Source: Flavobacteriales bacterium
GTDB lineage: Bacteria > Bacteroidota > Bacteroidia > Palsa-965
Length of the DNA: 64,000 bases
NCBI GenBank assembly: GCA_040377305.1
Contig: JBEIPA010000006.1
Coordinates: 1 to 64,000, forward strand
Direction of reading: 5' to 3'
Positions 39,016 to 49,977 of this stretch are shown one piece after another. Numbering within the stretch: the first letter of the stretch is position 1; every line of letters begins with the position of its first letter. Below the pieces are notes generated by a model. It had not been told where the DNA came from, made no database searches, and worked only from the letters and a program-made list of their open reading frames with translations. Made by a program: the position numbers and the translations under genes.

Positions 39016-39540
39016 TCAGTTTTTAAAGTATTGTGCGACAAGTTTACCTGCCGATTCAGTATCAATGAACATCCGTTGACCTCGGAGATGTGTCGCCCCG
39101 ATAGACTTTTGATAGTGTGAAATTAACTTTGTCTTACTATCAAATGCAACATAGCCATCATAATTCCTATCGAAAGCAAGCTTACATGCGAATGCCACTA
39201 AGTTGCCTGGAACGCCGAGATATAATTTATGCTTACCAATATTGAATTTTGCACTTTCAAGAAGATGCATGAAAATATGATCTTGCTTATCTTCAATTGC
39301 AACAAGTCCCTGTATTATTGACGCGTTATTGGCAGTAGTCAATTTGTAGATTTCCTTCGACTTGTCCTTGTGCTCTGACTTCCAATTGAACTGCCAGTCT
39401 TTGCGTGTAATTCCTTTTATGTCCTTTTCGGTGACCGCTATTATCTGCGTATCAAAGACTTCCCCGGAAAGAGTGTTTTCAATAGAGTTCGTCAGCTTGT
39501 CAATGACGAAATCAAGGTGCTTTTTTACTTCCCTTTTCAC
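39016..39540 (-). CDS. Uncharacterised protein, probable GNAT-like fold
   Basis: GTG start. IQGLVAI..HIFMHLLESAKFN..K.YLGVPGNLVAFAC..GYVAFDSKT.LISHY...GA follows GNAT motif order. Confidence 0.6.
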   Translation of the reverse strand: MKREVKKHLDFVIDKLTNSIENTLSGEVFDTQIIAVTEKDIKGITRKDWQFNWKSEHKDKSKEIYKLTTANNASIIQGLVAIEDKQDHIFMHLLESAKFNIGKHKLYLGVPGNLVAFACKLAFDRNYDGYVAFDSKTKLISHYQKSIGATHLRGQRMFIDTESAGKLVAQYFKN

Positions 39541-39622
39541 CCTCTAATTTACGAAATATTAAGCGGACCTGAAAATGCGTTTAAGGAGCAAAAATGGGGC
39601 GAGCCCATCGCTTCACGCACCT

Positions 39623-40441
39623 CTATTCCTTCACAATCCTCTTCACCACTCTCCCCTCATTCGTCGCAACTTCCAGAATGTATACACCCGCTGCGTATCC
39701 GGTCAAGTCAATGCTCGGACTTTTTGAAACCAACACGGTATTACCCTGAAGATCTTTTACGGTAACAGATTCCGTTACACACGAAGATGACGTTGCAATG
39801 GAAATCACACCCGATGTCGGATTCGGATAAACCTGAATCATTGCATCTGCTGTTGCAAGATTATTCGTGTTTGTGATATCGGAAATCGTAAAATCGTCAA
39901 CGAAATTCCAGCCGTACGTACCTGCGATGGTGCGGATGGTGATGTGAGAGCAATTGATCGTCGGAGTAAATGTGACAGTAACAAAATCCCAGGTGAGTCC
40001 GGGAACCGCAGCAGTATCAATTGCCGTTCCGAATAGCGTGCTGTCGTTTGAATAACCAATCTCGAGCAGGTTAGCTCCGTAACCCGGATCTTTGCGGTTA
40101 TAAAAACTCAACAGATAAGTGTTACCTGCAACGAGTGGCGCAGACAACTCCATTGAAAATCCGTCAGTGAGTGTATTCGTAATATCAACTGCCAGCCCTA
40201 CAAATTGATTTCCATGTTCAGCCGTGCCATATCCACAGGGGTTGTTGATTATATCCAGCTGATCTGCAGAACCGAATGCGTAACAATCGTTCATCATACC
40301 GTTGAACGAAGCGTTTGTGATATTGAAATTGCAGTTGCCGGAGGTACTTTCAAAACTGCCGTTGAGGAAGGTTTGGGCGGTGAGAAATGTTGGAGTTGAG
40401 AGAAGGAATGCGGAGAGGGTGAGGAGGTAGGAGTGTTTCAT
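39623..40441 (-). CDS. Small T9SS-secreted protein (CBM-like beta-sandwich plus CTD)
   Basis: Signal peptide from MKHSYL, FLNGSFE motif and VYPNPTSG CTD. Confidence 0.85.
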   Translation of the reverse strand: MKHSYLLTLSAFLLSTPTFLTAQTFLNGSFESTSGNCNFNITNASFNGMMNDCYAFGSADQLDIINNPCGYGTAEHGNQFVGLAVDITNTLTDGFSMELSAPLVAGNTYLLSFYNRKDPGYGANLLEIGYSNDSTLFGTAIDTAAVPGLTWDFVTVTFTPTINCSHITIRTIAGTYGWNFVDDFTISDITNTNNLATADAMIQVYPNPTSGVISIATSSSCVTESVTVKDLQGNTVLVSKSPSIDLTGYAAGVYILEVATNEGRVVKRIVKE

Positions 40442-40503
40442 GGTTGGGGGTTGGTGAGTCGATGATTGTGAGATGAAATTTAGTAAATAATCCTCCAATA
40501 AAT

Positions 40504-40671
40504 TTAGAAGAGTGTGTTCAGGTTAGTTGTGGTATTTCTGACAACCAAATTGCTGTCTTCACCATGCGAGTAATTTGCGTCGGTCCGAATGGGTTGGACG
40601 TAGAAGGTGTTGATTTGGGAGAAGCAGGTGGTGATGGTAACGAAGGAGATGATTGTAAAAATTAATCTCAT
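40504..40671 (-). pseudogene. Probable 5' remnant of an exported protein gene
   Basis: 55-aa ORF MRLIFTIISFVTITTCFSQINTFYVQP...NTLF* has a clear signal peptide. FIGG follows in a shifted frame and then the sequence breaks off. Confidence 0.4.
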
Positions 40672-40702
40672 GAGATGACTGAGCTGATAGGGATGTGTTC
40701 AC

Positions 40703-42562
40703 TCAAAACACAATTTTTACATCTTCTTTATAATTCTGCAGTGTTCCATTCAAACTTGCTGTCCATCCGTCAATAAATACTTTGCCATTTTTAAGGGCAT
40801 TTGAATAATCGTCACTGGCAATTTTCTCACTGTTGGTTATGTAATAATGATGGCCGATTTTGTAAATGCAATCCTTAACCACTTCTTCAGGAACTTGAGT
40901 TGGTTCGTCTAAACCAACGGTGAATACCATATTGTAAATACGACTTAAAGCATCAGTTTCGTTTTCAGTTATTGAGATTTGCCCTTGATCATCCACTTTT
41001 AATTTTGGTGCTTCCACGCTATCAAAAACCTTGAAGCCAATATCAGGAACTTGTTTTTTATCCTCATCAAACAATCCTGCTTTACTGTTTTCCTCTTCAA
41101 TGTGTTGAGCAATCTTTTCACCTGCACGTTTCAAACGTTCAATTGTTATACTTGAAATAACCGGTGATAAATTATTTGCTACACAAAAGTCATAAGAATC
41201 TTTGTTTTTGACTGGATTAATAGGTTCATCTATTTGACACAAAATAAACTTCCGGTTACCACCATCTTCGGCATTAACCTGTATAACTGCATGGCCTGTT
41301 GATCCTGAACCCGCAAAGAAGTCAAGAATTATTCCGTCTTTACCGCTCATTTGTATTATTTGCTCAATCAACTCAACTGATTTAGGAGTTTCAAAAACAA
41401 CTACGCCATCAAACAATTCTTTAATTTTGTTCTTTGCAGTCTCTGTAGTGCCTACGTCTTCTGCGAATAATATAGATTCAGGAGTCAAACCTCTTTCTTT
41501 TGCTTCTAAGTAGGTCTTAACTCTTGGCACTCCATTCCCATCCTTACCGAACCAAATTCTTTTATCCTTAATTGCTTCATCCATCACATTTTCTGTATAA
41601 AGCCAGCACCTACCGCTTTCAAGTTTATGTATTTTCCCATTCGGCGCTTTTAGGTCATAGAATTGCGATTTAGTTCCATGGCCAGCTTGAGCAGTTGCAG
41701 GGTCTGACTTCCAAAGCCCTCTTGGATCATTGTCAGGATTCTTATAGTTGGACAATGCCTTTTCACTCATTGGAGTTTGGCTAATAGACCGGACACCTTC
41801 AATCTGGTTTTTTGAATAACATAAGATGTAGTCATGCCTGTTTGAAACAACTTTTCTATTTTCCCTGTTTGTTCTTTTCTCCCAAATAAAAGTGGCAATA
41901 AAATTCTCCTCACCGAAAATATCATCACAAAGTAATTTCAGATTAGCTTGTTCGTTATCATCGATGCTAATAAAAATAACACCATCTTTTCTTAATAAGT
42001 CTTTAGATAATAAAAGGCGCGGATACATAAACGCTAACCAACCGTTGTGGCTCTTTTTAGTTCTAAAGCTAAAATCCATTCGAGCAAAATCACTTTCATC
42101 CAAGTTAGCCATGCCCAAAACTTCCGCTTCTTCTTTGTCAAACTTATCAGGATAAACAAATTCGTCGCTTTCAGTATTGTATGGTGGATCTATATAAATG
42201 CACTTCACTTGTCCGCTGTAATAATTTTTTAGAATCTTTAAGCTATCCAAATTGTCACCCTTCAGCACCAAATTTTTTGTTGTTTCAATACTCTTGCTCA
42301 ATGTGGGATTTAGGTGGAGTTCTTTATCAGTTTTTTGGTCATATTTAGCTCTGGCAAAGTTTCTTCCGACAAAATTTAATCCGTAACCGTTTACTTTTTC
42401 ATCAATTGGTAAACCCAATGCGGCCTTTAGTTCCTCTATATTTAGTTCGGTGTCGCGTATTACATTAGGGAAGTTCTCTTTCAGAAAACTCAACAATATG
42501 TTTTCGCGGGCTTCTGTTCCAACAACTGTAAATCCTGCTTTTATAAAATCTTGTTCTGCCAT
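40703..42562 (-). CDS. mod: Type III R-M methyltransferase subunit (N6-adenine)
   Basis: GDNLDSLK, IYIDPPYN, WLAFMYPRL, TPK and LDFFAGSGSTG motifs. Confidence 0.93.
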   Translation of the reverse strand: MAEQDFIKAGFTVVGTEARENILLSFLKENFPNVIRDTELNIEELKAALGLPIDEKVNGYGLNFVGRNFARAKYDQKTDKELHLNPTLSKSIETTKNLVLKGDNLDSLKILKNYYSGQVKCIYIDPPYNTESDEFVYPDKFDKEEAEVLGMANLDESDFARMDFSFRTKKSHNGWLAFMYPRLLLSKDLLRKDGVIFISIDDNEQANLKLLCDDIFGEENFIATFIWEKRTNRENRKVVSNRHDYILCYSKNQIEGVRSISQTPMSEKALSNYKNPDNDPRGLWKSDPATAQAGHGTKSQFYDLKAPNGKIHKLESGRCWLYTENVMDEAIKDKRIWFGKDGNGVPRVKTYLEAKERGLTPESILFAEDVGTTETAKNKIKELFDGVVVFETPKSVELIEQIIQMSGKDGIILDFFAGSGSTGHAVIQVNAEDGGNRKFILCQIDEPINPVKNKDSYDFCVANNLSPVISSITIERLKRAGEKIAQHIEEENSKAGLFDEDKKQVPDIGFKVFDSVEAPKLKVDDQGQISITENETDALSRIYNMVFTVGLDEPTQVPEEVVKDCIYKIGHHYYITNSEKIASDDYSNALKNGKVFIDGWTASLNGTLQNYKEDVKIVF

Positions 42563-42566
42563 TGTT

Positions 42567-45488
42567 TTATGCGTTGTTTATCAAAGCCGCTAATTGCGTT
42601 TTGTTGATACGTTCTTTGTATGATATTTTTATATTTTGTCCTTTGTAGTGTTCGCCCAATGCCTCAAAATATTTTTTTGCAAAATCGATTTTCTCTTTTT
42701 CATCTACGGGTATTGCGGTCGACGATTTGTAGCCTTTAGCTTCTACTACAAGAAATATTTTGTTTCCTCCTGAGCTTTTGACTGCATAGCAAAAGTCCGG
42801 GTTGTAATCGCCCAAAGGCGTTTTTATTTTTAGGCGCGGAAGTTTGCCAAAAATTTCAATACTGTCAACATCAGGGTCTTGCTCCACAATTTCCAATTCA
42901 AAATCGCTGTCGTATTCAATCACATCTTCAAATATCCATTTGTTTTTCAAAGAAAAATCACCTGCAATGTCTTTTTGAAATTTGCCAACGCTTCCTGTGT
43001 CCAAGTATGTTCTTCCATTTTCGTTCTTAAATACGTTTGGCAGACCGGTTCCGTTAATCCCGTCGTACTTGATATTCGCCTTGAGTATTGCAATTAAGTT
43101 CTTATTGATTATTTGTGTAATTTCTCTTTGGGCTTGTTCAGGATTGTTGCACAGCATCTTATTCTTGAAATCATCACTCAGAGCATTGAATACCTTTACA
43201 ACAAATGAAATAGGTGTTTTGGTCTTGTTTGCTAAAGTGTGAACCAATTCTAGATAATTAATTTTGCTTTTGTAAGAAGCTGTCTCCGTTAGTCTTTCTG
43301 TTATCGCACCTTGTTCACCAATCTTGTTCACGTTTAGTTCAGCACGAATGGTCTGCAACAGAATTTCTTCAATGTTTACGGCTTCTATCTGCACTTTTAT
43401 GTTTTGTATCAATTGTTTTTCTTGTGAATCACTTAAAGTTTCTAGCACATAAAAAGCATTTTTGTTGATAGCGTTCCATAGGTTTTGAAACTCTTCCAGG
43501 TGGGTTGCTTTAATAAAAACCTTCTTTTTGGGTTTAATTTTTTTAGCATCCTGAATGTATTTGTTTGCATCAGTTGCAAACAAGCTTTCAATCGCTTTAA
43601 CTTGCTCTTCGGGCAAATTTTGTTCCTTCAGTATTGCAGTGAACTCGGGTGACTTTTCATAAATCTTTTGTCCGTCAACAATTGCCTTTCTAACAATCAT
43701 TTTCTTCTCCTTCAACACATCATCAACTAACGTAATGATTGTATCATCATCGAAGCCCGATTTTTCTTTAAGGGTTTTAATCAGTTCTTGCTCTGTAAAT
43801 GTTTCGGAAATTAAGAATGAATTACTTAATATTTCGTTTTGAATAGCTTCAACAAAACCTTGTTCCTTACTTGAGACAACCACATCGAGGTTGTTGATTT
43901 TCCAAAAAGCCTCTTGGTCGTCATTCAGGTTTTTAAGTGTATATCGTTGCAAATTTTGATTCACACAAATGCGTAATCCTCTTCCAATTTGTTGAAGCTT
44001 CGATATTTCACTTCCTTGATTGGATAGTTTACATATTGTAAACACATTCGGATTATCCCAACCTTCCTGCAAAGCCCAAATAGAGAAAATGAAACGTGTG
44101 GGACTTTCAAACGAAAGCAACTTCTTTTTGTCTTTTAGAATTTCATCAACCCCTGCTTTGACTTTTTCGTCAGCATTTCCCTTGTCACCGGAAAAATAAC
44201 CTTTGTGCACTTGCAAAGAGTTGTCACTGTCAAAATCGTTTTGCAGGTATTTTTTATACTCACATGTTTGATCAAGTTTGCTTACAAGTGCGGAGTATTG
44301 CTTTTTGTATTCTTCTTCAAATATGTTTTTTACTTTTGGTTTTTCGCCACGAAACAAACTGGTGTCTGCTTCCATAAAAAACAAGGTGAGTGCTTTTACG
44401 CCTTGCTCAAACAGTGATTTTTCCTTCTCAAAATGTATTTTTATTGTTTCTCTGATCATTGCCCGCAATGACTCGTCAGATAAAGAATAATCAACCTTTT
44501 CTATGGTGTCGTCCGCTAGAACAATGGTGTCTTTGTTTATTTTTTTAATGCTTTTGCCGTTGAATATTGCACCAATCCCAGATACTCGCGGCACTACAAT
44601 TCCGTTGGTTAGAGTGTTTACGTACGCCATATATTTTGAGCTAACCTTTTCTATGCCAACTAGCGTATCTGTGTTTTCAACTACGTCCTGAGTGTAAACC
44701 ACGATTTTCTTTACCAGGTTTTGTCGGAAAGAAGAAATGCTGTCCAATACATACGCCACGTTTGATAATGGCAAACTGTCTTTCTTCTTTGGAAATGTAG
44801 CTCCAAAACGCAAATAGTAATTGTCAAACCCTTCAAAATAGGTTTTAAAGGCATTGCCTTCAAAACGGTGAGGTTCGTCCATTATCACAATCGGTTTTAA
44901 GCGTTTCAAACATTCTAAATACGATTTTGGCGTATCCTGATTATTTACAAATAGTTCTGGTGCGTTCATTTCTCTTTCCAACGGACGATTCAGAATGTTG
45001 TCTTTGCTATTAAATGAACTTGGTGTCATCACCAATACCGATAAATGCGAAGCGCCAATAAATTGTTTAACCGCGGAAAGGTTTCCGCCTTCGTAAACGA
45101 ATGCTTCAATTTCCTTTTCTCTTTCGTTAGCGTAAAAACTCTTAAAATAATTTTTGGTATCCTCTAGATTTGTTTTTGTACCCTCGCGAATTGGAACGGT
45201 AGGAATAAGAATGATAAACTTCTTGTAGCCAAAGTTTTTACTCAGCTCAAAAATGGATTTTATAAACGTGAACGTTTTTCCCGTTCCCGTTTCCATCATT
45301 ATGTCAACGTTTTTGTTGTCCTGAACTGGAAAATTGTATTTGTTCCTTTTATGGTGGGCCGTCAGCACATCATCAAAATTTTGTTTTTGGCGAAGGCTTT
45401 CAAAAAGACTGATAATGCTATTTACGCAGTCTTCCTGATAGGTTTGTATTTCGTATTGAAACTGTTTTGCTTCTGTTCTTGTCGTCAT
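42567..45488 (-). CDS. res: Type III R-M restriction subunit (SF2 helicase plus PD-(D/E)xK nuclease)
   Basis: METGTGKT, DEPH, ALQEGWDNPNVF, QQIGRGLR and YNPDF...VEAKG motifs. Confidence 0.93.
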   Translation of the reverse strand: MTTRTEAKQFQYEIQTYQEDCVNSIISLFESLRQKQNFDDVLTAHHKRNKYNFPVQDNKNVDIMMETGTGKTFTFIKSIFELSKNFGYKKFIILIPTVPIREGTKTNLEDTKNYFKSFYANEREKEIEAFVYEGGNLSAVKQFIGASHLSVLVMTPSSFNSKDNILNRPLEREMNAPELFVNNQDTPKSYLECLKRLKPIVIMDEPHRFEGNAFKTYFEGFDNYYLRFGATFPKKKDSLPLSNVAYVLDSISSFRQNLVKKIVVYTQDVVENTDTLVGIEKVSSKYMAYVNTLTNGIVVPRVSGIGAIFNGKSIKKINKDTIVLADDTIEKVDYSLSDESLRAMIRETIKIHFEKEKSLFEQGVKALTLFFMEADTSLFRGEKPKVKNIFEEEYKKQYSALVSKLDQTCEYKKYLQNDFDSDNSLQVHKGYFSGDKGNADEKVKAGVDEILKDKKKLLSFESPTRFIFSIWALQEGWDNPNVFTICKLSNQGSEISKLQQIGRGLRICVNQNLQRYTLKNLNDDQEAFWKINNLDVVVSSKEQGFVEAIQNEILSNSFLISETFTEQELIKTLKEKSGFDDDTIITLVDDVLKEKKMIVRKAIVDGQKIYEKSPEFTAILKEQNLPEEQVKAIESLFATDANKYIQDAKKIKPKKKVFIKATHLEEFQNLWNAINKNAFYVLETLSDSQEKQLIQNIKVQIEAVNIEEILLQTIRAELNVNKIGEQGAITERLTETASYKSKINYLELVHTLANKTKTPISFVVKVFNALSDDFKNKMLCNNPEQAQREITQIINKNLIAILKANIKYDGINGTGLPNVFKNENGRTYLDTGSVGKFQKDIAGDFSLKNKWIFEDVIEYDSDFELEIVEQDPDVDSIEIFGKLPRLKIKTPLGDYNPDFCYAVKSSGGNKIFLVVEAKGYKSSTAIPVDEKEKIDFAKKYFEALGEHYKGQNIKISYKERINKTQLAALINNA

Positions 45489-45694
45489 TTGTTACTTCGA
45501 TTTCCAGTTGTCGAACCGGCATGCTTGGCGACTGTTTATAGCGGATAATTCACATCTGAAAATTAGCAAATAAAACTGTCCCGTGTCAACGAAATAGACG
45601 CATCATTCATCATAATCGATGTACTCTAAAAACGGCTAACTGCGAACTCCTGACCAGCGAACCGAGCACTAATCAATACCCCAACACCAGCCCC

Positions 45695-45712
45695 TCCCGA
45701 TAGCTATCGGGA
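45695..45712. repeat. Perfect short palindrome TCCCGATAGCTATCGGGA (copy 2)
   Basis: Identical to the core at 38607..38624. Confidence 0.8.
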
Positions 45713-45768
45713 CATCTCTCCGCCCCCTCAAACTCCATCCCCTTCCCTTTCATCAGCATATCAACTAA

Positions 45769-48700
45769 TCAATAACCGAGCACAGGCCCAAGCCACCGCT
45801 CTGCAATTTCAAAACTCATCCCTTTCCTCTTCCCATACTCCTCCACCTGCTCCTTCGTAATTTTTCCCACTCCAAAATAATGCGCATCCTTCGGAGAGAA
45901 ATACATTCCGCTTACTGCCGCAGTTGGAACCATGGCTTTGCTTTCGGTGAGCACTAATCCGATTTGATTTTCTGCATCGAGCAAACGGAAGAGCTCATCT
46001 TTCTCGGTGTGATCGGGTTGTGCAGGATAGCCCGGTGCAGGACGAATGCCTGCGTACGCCTCTTTGATGAGATCGTCGTTGGAGAGATTTTCGTCTTTCG
46101 CGTAACCCCAGAATTCTTTACGCACACGTTCATGCAGGTGTTCTGCAAATGCTTCTGCTAAACGATCGGCCAATGCTTTCAGCATGATCGCACTGTAGTC
46201 GTCGTGGTTCTTTTCGAACTCCGCGACTTTTTCGTCAATGCCGAAACCGGTGCAGACTGCAAAGCCGCCTATGTAATCGTTCAAGCCCTCAGGTGCAAGA
46301 AAATCAGAAAGCGCAACGTTGTAATGACCGGTCGGCTTTTGTGTTTGCTGACGGATCGCCTGGAATTTCGCTGCGATATTTTTTCGTGATGCGTCGGTGA
46401 ATACCTGCATCTCGTCATCGTTCGCGGTATTCGCCGGCCAGAAACCGATGACAGCACGCGCGGTGAGCCATTTCTCTTCGATGATTTTCTTCAGCATCGC
46501 CTGCGCATCGTTGAAGAGCTTCGTTGCTTCTGCTCCGCGTTCTACATCTTTCAGAATGCGCGGATAGCTTCCTTTCATTTCCCAGGAGATGAAGAACGGC
46601 GTCCAGTCGATGTAAGGAACGAGTGTCTTCAGCGGATAATCATCCAAAACTTTTGTTCCGTTGAATGTCGGCTCTACAAACGTGTGCTTGCTCCAGTCGA
46701 CCGGAAATTTATTTCTGCGCGCTTCTGCCAGCGAGATAAATTTATTCTGACTCTGCGCACGGGCATTCTGCTCACGCACACGATCGTAATCTTCATTGAC
46801 CTGCACCATGAACGGACCACGAAGCTCTTTCGAAATCAAACTCTGCAGAACAGGCACAGATCGCGAAGCATCATGCACATGAACAACAGCATGCTTGTAG
46901 TGCGGAGATATTTTCACCGCGGTGTGAACTTTCGAAGTAGTCGCACCACCAATCAACAGCGGAACTTCCAATCCAACACGCTGCATCTCTTTCGCCATGT
47001 GTACCATTTCATCCAGCGATGGTGTAATCAATCCGCTGAGACCAATGATGTCGACTTTTTCTTTCTTCGCCATGTCGATGATGCGATCAGCCGCCACCAT
47101 CACACCCATGTCAATGATTTCATAATTGTTGCACGCGAGTACAACGCCCACAATATTTTTTCCGATGTCGTGTACGTCGCCTTTCACAGTCGCAAGCAAA
47201 ACTTTTCCTGCCGACTTTCCTTCACCGGCTACTTTCTCCGCTTCGAGATACGGTGTGAGATACGCCACGGCTTTCTTCATCACACGCGCACTCTTCACCA
47301 CTTGCGGCAAAAACATCTTTCCGGCACCGAATAAATCACCGACTACGTTCATGCCGTCCATCAACGGACCTTCAATCACGTGCAGCGATTTCGGAAACTG
47401 CTTACGCGCTTCTTCTACATCTTCGTCGATGTGATCAACAATTCCCTTTACCAATGCGTGAGTCAATCGTTCGGTAACTGTTCCGTTTCTCCACGCTGTA
47501 TCTTTCTCTGCTTTCTTGCCTGCTCCTTCGCCTTTTACTTTTTCAGCGTAAGTGATCAGACGTTCAGTTGCGTCATCGCGACGATCAAGCAAAACATCTT
47601 CAACGAGGTCGAGCAGTTCTTTTGGAATATTATCATACACCTGCAGCTGACCGGGATTTACAATGCCCATGTCCATGCCGTTCTTCACCGCATGATACAG
47701 GAACGCAGAGTGAATCGCTTCACGCACGTGATCATTTCCGCGGAAAGAGAAAGAAACGTTACTCACGCCTCCACTCACTTTTGCATGCGGAAGATTTTCT
47801 TTAATCCACTTCGTTGCATTGAAAAAGTCGAGCGCGTTTTTTCGGTGCTCATCCATTCCTGTCGCGACAGGAAAAATATTCGGATCGAAAATGATATCCT
47901 GTGGAGGGAAGTGCACCTGATTCACGAGAATATCATAAGCGCGCTTACAGATTTCAATTCTGCGCTCATACGTGTCGGCCTGACCTTTTTCATCGAATGC
48001 CATTACGATTACAGCGGCGCCGTACTTGCGCACGATGTGTGCCTGACGAATGAACTCCGCTTCTCCTTCTTTCATGGAGATGGAATTCACAATCGCTTTT
48101 CCTTGCACGCATTTCAGTCCGGCTTCAATCACATGAAACTTCGAAGAGTCGAGCATGATTGGCACACGAGCAATATCCGGTTCTGCTGCAACGAGATTCA
48201 GGAAGCGAACCATAGCCGCTTGAGAATCCAACATGCCTTCATCCATGTTGATGTCGATCACCTGTGCACCGCCTTCAACCTGGTCGCGTGCAATGGCGAG
48301 TGCTTCATCGTATTTCGAATCGATGATGAGCTTTGCAAATTTACGTGAGCCGGTAACGTTGGTACGTTCACCCACGTTCATGAAATTCGAATCGGGACGC
48401 AATGTCACCGGTTCGAGTCCGCTCAAACGTAAATACGGATCTATGTATGGAACCGGTCGTGGATTCGTTCCGTTCGCAATTTCAGCAATGCGTTTGATGT
48501 GCGCCGGAGTTGTTCCGCAACAACCACCAATGATGTTGATGAATCCGCTGTCCAGAAAATCGCGGATCTTCTCGCCCATCTGTTCCGGAGTTTCATCGTA
48601 TTCTCCAAACTGATTCGGTAATCCTGCATTCGGATAACAGCTCACGAAGAACGGAGCCTTGTCGGCAATCTCTTCCATGAACGGACGCATCTGTTCTGCA

Positions 48701-49464
48701 CCGAGTGCGCAATTCAATCCAACGCTGAGCAAGTCAACGTGAGAAATTGAATTCAGAAATGCTTCTGTCGTTTGTCCCGATAACGTTCTTCCGCTTGCAT
48801 CTGTGATTGTACCTGAAACCATCACCGGCAAACGTTTTCCCGTTTCTTCCTGCAAAGTCTGCACAGCAAACAAAGCGGCTTTCGAATTCAATGTATCAAA
48901 AACAGTTTCGATCAGGAACAGATCAACTCCACCTTCCAGTAAAGCACGTGCCTCTTCAAGGTAAGCTGCAACGAGTTCGTCAAAAGAAACACCACGGAAA
49001 CCGGGATCATTTACATCCGGCGACAATGAAGCAGTTCTGTTTGTAGGACCTATTGCACCTGCAACCCAACGGTGCTTCTTCGCCCGCCCGCCTTCGGCAT
49101 TCGGGTGAAGATTTTCCGCAATGAATTTATCAGCAGCTTTTCGCGCAATCTTCGCTGCTTCCACGTTCATCTCATAACAGATTTCCTGCATGTGATAATC
49201 GGCCATGGAAATGCGGTTGGCATTGAACGTATTCGTCTCAATGATATCCGCACCTGCCGCGAGATATTCGCAGTGTATGTCGTAAATAATTTTCGGTTGT
49301 GTGAGAACGAGCAAATCGTTGTTGCCTTTCAGGTCGTGTTTCCAGTCCTTGAAACGTTCTCCGCGGTAATCTGCTTCTTCCAACTTGTAACGTTGGATCA
49401 TCGTGCCCATTGCACCATCGATGATGAGCACGCGCTTTTCTAATTCTTTTCTGATGTCTGTCAT
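45769..49464 (-). CDS. metH: B12-dependent methionine synthase
   Basis: [24 protein letters not shown] and DVHDIGKN motifs plus the activation domain RPAPGYP. Start at MTDIRK. Confidence 0.97.
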   Translation of the reverse strand: MTDIRKELEKRVLIIDGAMGTMIQRYKLEEADYRGERFKDWKHDLKGNNDLLVLTQPKIIYDIHCEYLAAGADIIETNTFNANRISMADYHMQEICYEMNVEAAKIARKAADKFIAENLHPNAEGGRAKKHRWVAGAIGPTNRTASLSPDVNDPGFRGVSFDELVAAYLEEARALLEGGVDLFLIETVFDTLNSKAALFAVQTLQEETGKRLPVMVSGTITDASGRTLSGQTTEAFLNSISHVDLLSVGLNCALGAEQMRPFMEEIADKAPFFVSCYPNAGLPNQFGEYDETPEQMGEKIRDFLDSGFINIIGGCCGTTPAHIKRIAEIANGTNPRPVPYIDPYLRLSGLEPVTLRPDSNFMNVGERTNVTGSRKFAKLIIDSKYDEALAIARDQVEGGAQVIDINMDEGMLDSQAAMVRFLNLVAAEPDIARVPIMLDSSKFHVIEAGLKCVQGKAIVNSISMKEGEAEFIRQAHIVRKYGAAVIVMAFDEKGQADTYERRIEICKRAYDILVNQVHFPPQDIIFDPNIFPVATGMDEHRKNALDFFNATKWIKENLPHAKVSGGVSNVSFSFRGNDHVREAIHSAFLYHAVKNGMDMGIVNPGQLQVYDNIPKELLDLVEDVLLDRRDDATERLITYAEKVKGEGAGKKAEKDTAWRNGTVTERLTHALVKGIVDHIDEDVEEARKQFPKSLHVIEGPLMDGMNVVGDLFGAGKMFLPQVVKSARVMKKAVAYLTPYLEAEKVAGEGKSAGKVLLATVKGDVHDIGKNIVGVVLACNNYEIIDMGVMVAADRIIDMAKKEKVDIIGLSGLITPSLDEMVHMAKEMQRVGLEVPLLIGGATTSKVHTAVKISPHYKHAVVHVHDASRSVPVLQSLISKELRGPFMVQVNEDYDRVREQNARAQSQNKFISLAEARRNKFPVDWSKHTFVEPTFNGTKVLDDYPLKTLVPYIDWTPFFISWEMKGSYPRILKDVERGAEATKLFNDAQAMLKKIIEEKWLTARAVIGFWPANTANDDEMQVFTDASRKNIAAKFQAIRQQTQKPTGHYNVALSDFLAPEGLNDYIGGFAVCTGFGIDEKVAEFEKNHDDYSAIMLKALADRLAEAFAEHLHERVRKEFWGYAKDENLSNDDLIKEAYAGIRPAPGYPAQPDHTEKDELFRLLDAENQIGLVLTESKAMVPTAAVSGMYFSPKDAHYFGVGKITKEQVEEYGKRKGMSFEIAERWLGPVLGY

Positions 49465-49519
49465 AAATAGTTCTGTCTTCTCCTGCGTGTCGTAATTACG
49501 CTTCGCCTCACTTGTCATC

Positions 49520-49584
49520 CTTCGGCTACGCTCAGTATGACAAGGATCTCGATACACGATTTGTCAGACTGAGCGTAGCCGAAG
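49520..49584. repeat. REP-like inverted doublet in the metH leader
   Basis: CTTCGGCTACGCTCAGTATGACAA and TTGTCAGACTGAGCGTAGCCGAAG match at 23/24. Confidence 0.85.
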
Positions 49585-49604
49585 TTTGATAAATCGGCGC
49601 CGCA

Positions 49605-49642
49605 CAAAAAAGAAAATCCCTACTGTTTAGTCAGAAGGGATC
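49605..49642 (-). terminator. Riboswitch-controlled intrinsic terminator
   Basis: ATCCCTTCTG-ACTAAA-CAGTAGGGAT followed by TTTCTTTTTT. Its 5' arm CTTCTGACT can alternatively pair with AGTCAGAAG, which overlaps the P1 3' strand. Confidence 0.85.
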
Positions 49643-49670
49643 GTTGATATATCAAGGAGTTTAGCTTCTG

Positions 49671-49958
49671 ACTTATCTGTAACAGACGGGAGAAAGGAGA
49701 CAGGAGACGGGCGTGCTGAGTGTGGTTAACACAACATTCCATCTTCATCTCAAAACTCCTCTGCGTCTGTAGCAGGAATTGGCACCTTCTTCGCCAGTAG
49801 GCAGTAGTGCAGTCTTGCAGTAGGCAGTCAAAAAGCGAAGCAGGAATTATTCCTGACCACTATTTCTCGACTGCCAACTGCCCTACTGCCCCACTGCCTA
49901 CTGGCACAGGGTTGCCAAGGCATCATCGGGCACGGTCCCTCCGCCTTTCTGGATAAGT
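49671..49958 (-). ncRNA. SAM-I (S-box) riboswitch with long insertions in P3 and P4
   Basis: ACTTATCCAGAAAGGCGGAGGGACCGTGCCCGATGATGCCTTGGCAACC..[123 nt]..GGTGCCAATTCCTGC..[P4]..CAGATAAGT, upstream of metH. Confidence 0.92.
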
Positions 49959-49977
49959 TGTTGGAAAAGAACTGGGG

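Noticed and set aside
40703-42562. Phase-variable mod (phasevarion)
   Set aside because: No simple-sequence repeat tract is visible in or upstream of mod.
46684-48348. Long antisense ORFs opposite metH (216 and 322 aa), and similar shadow ORFs elsewhere
   Set aside because: They have no recognisable motifs and are explained by codon bias on the coding strand.
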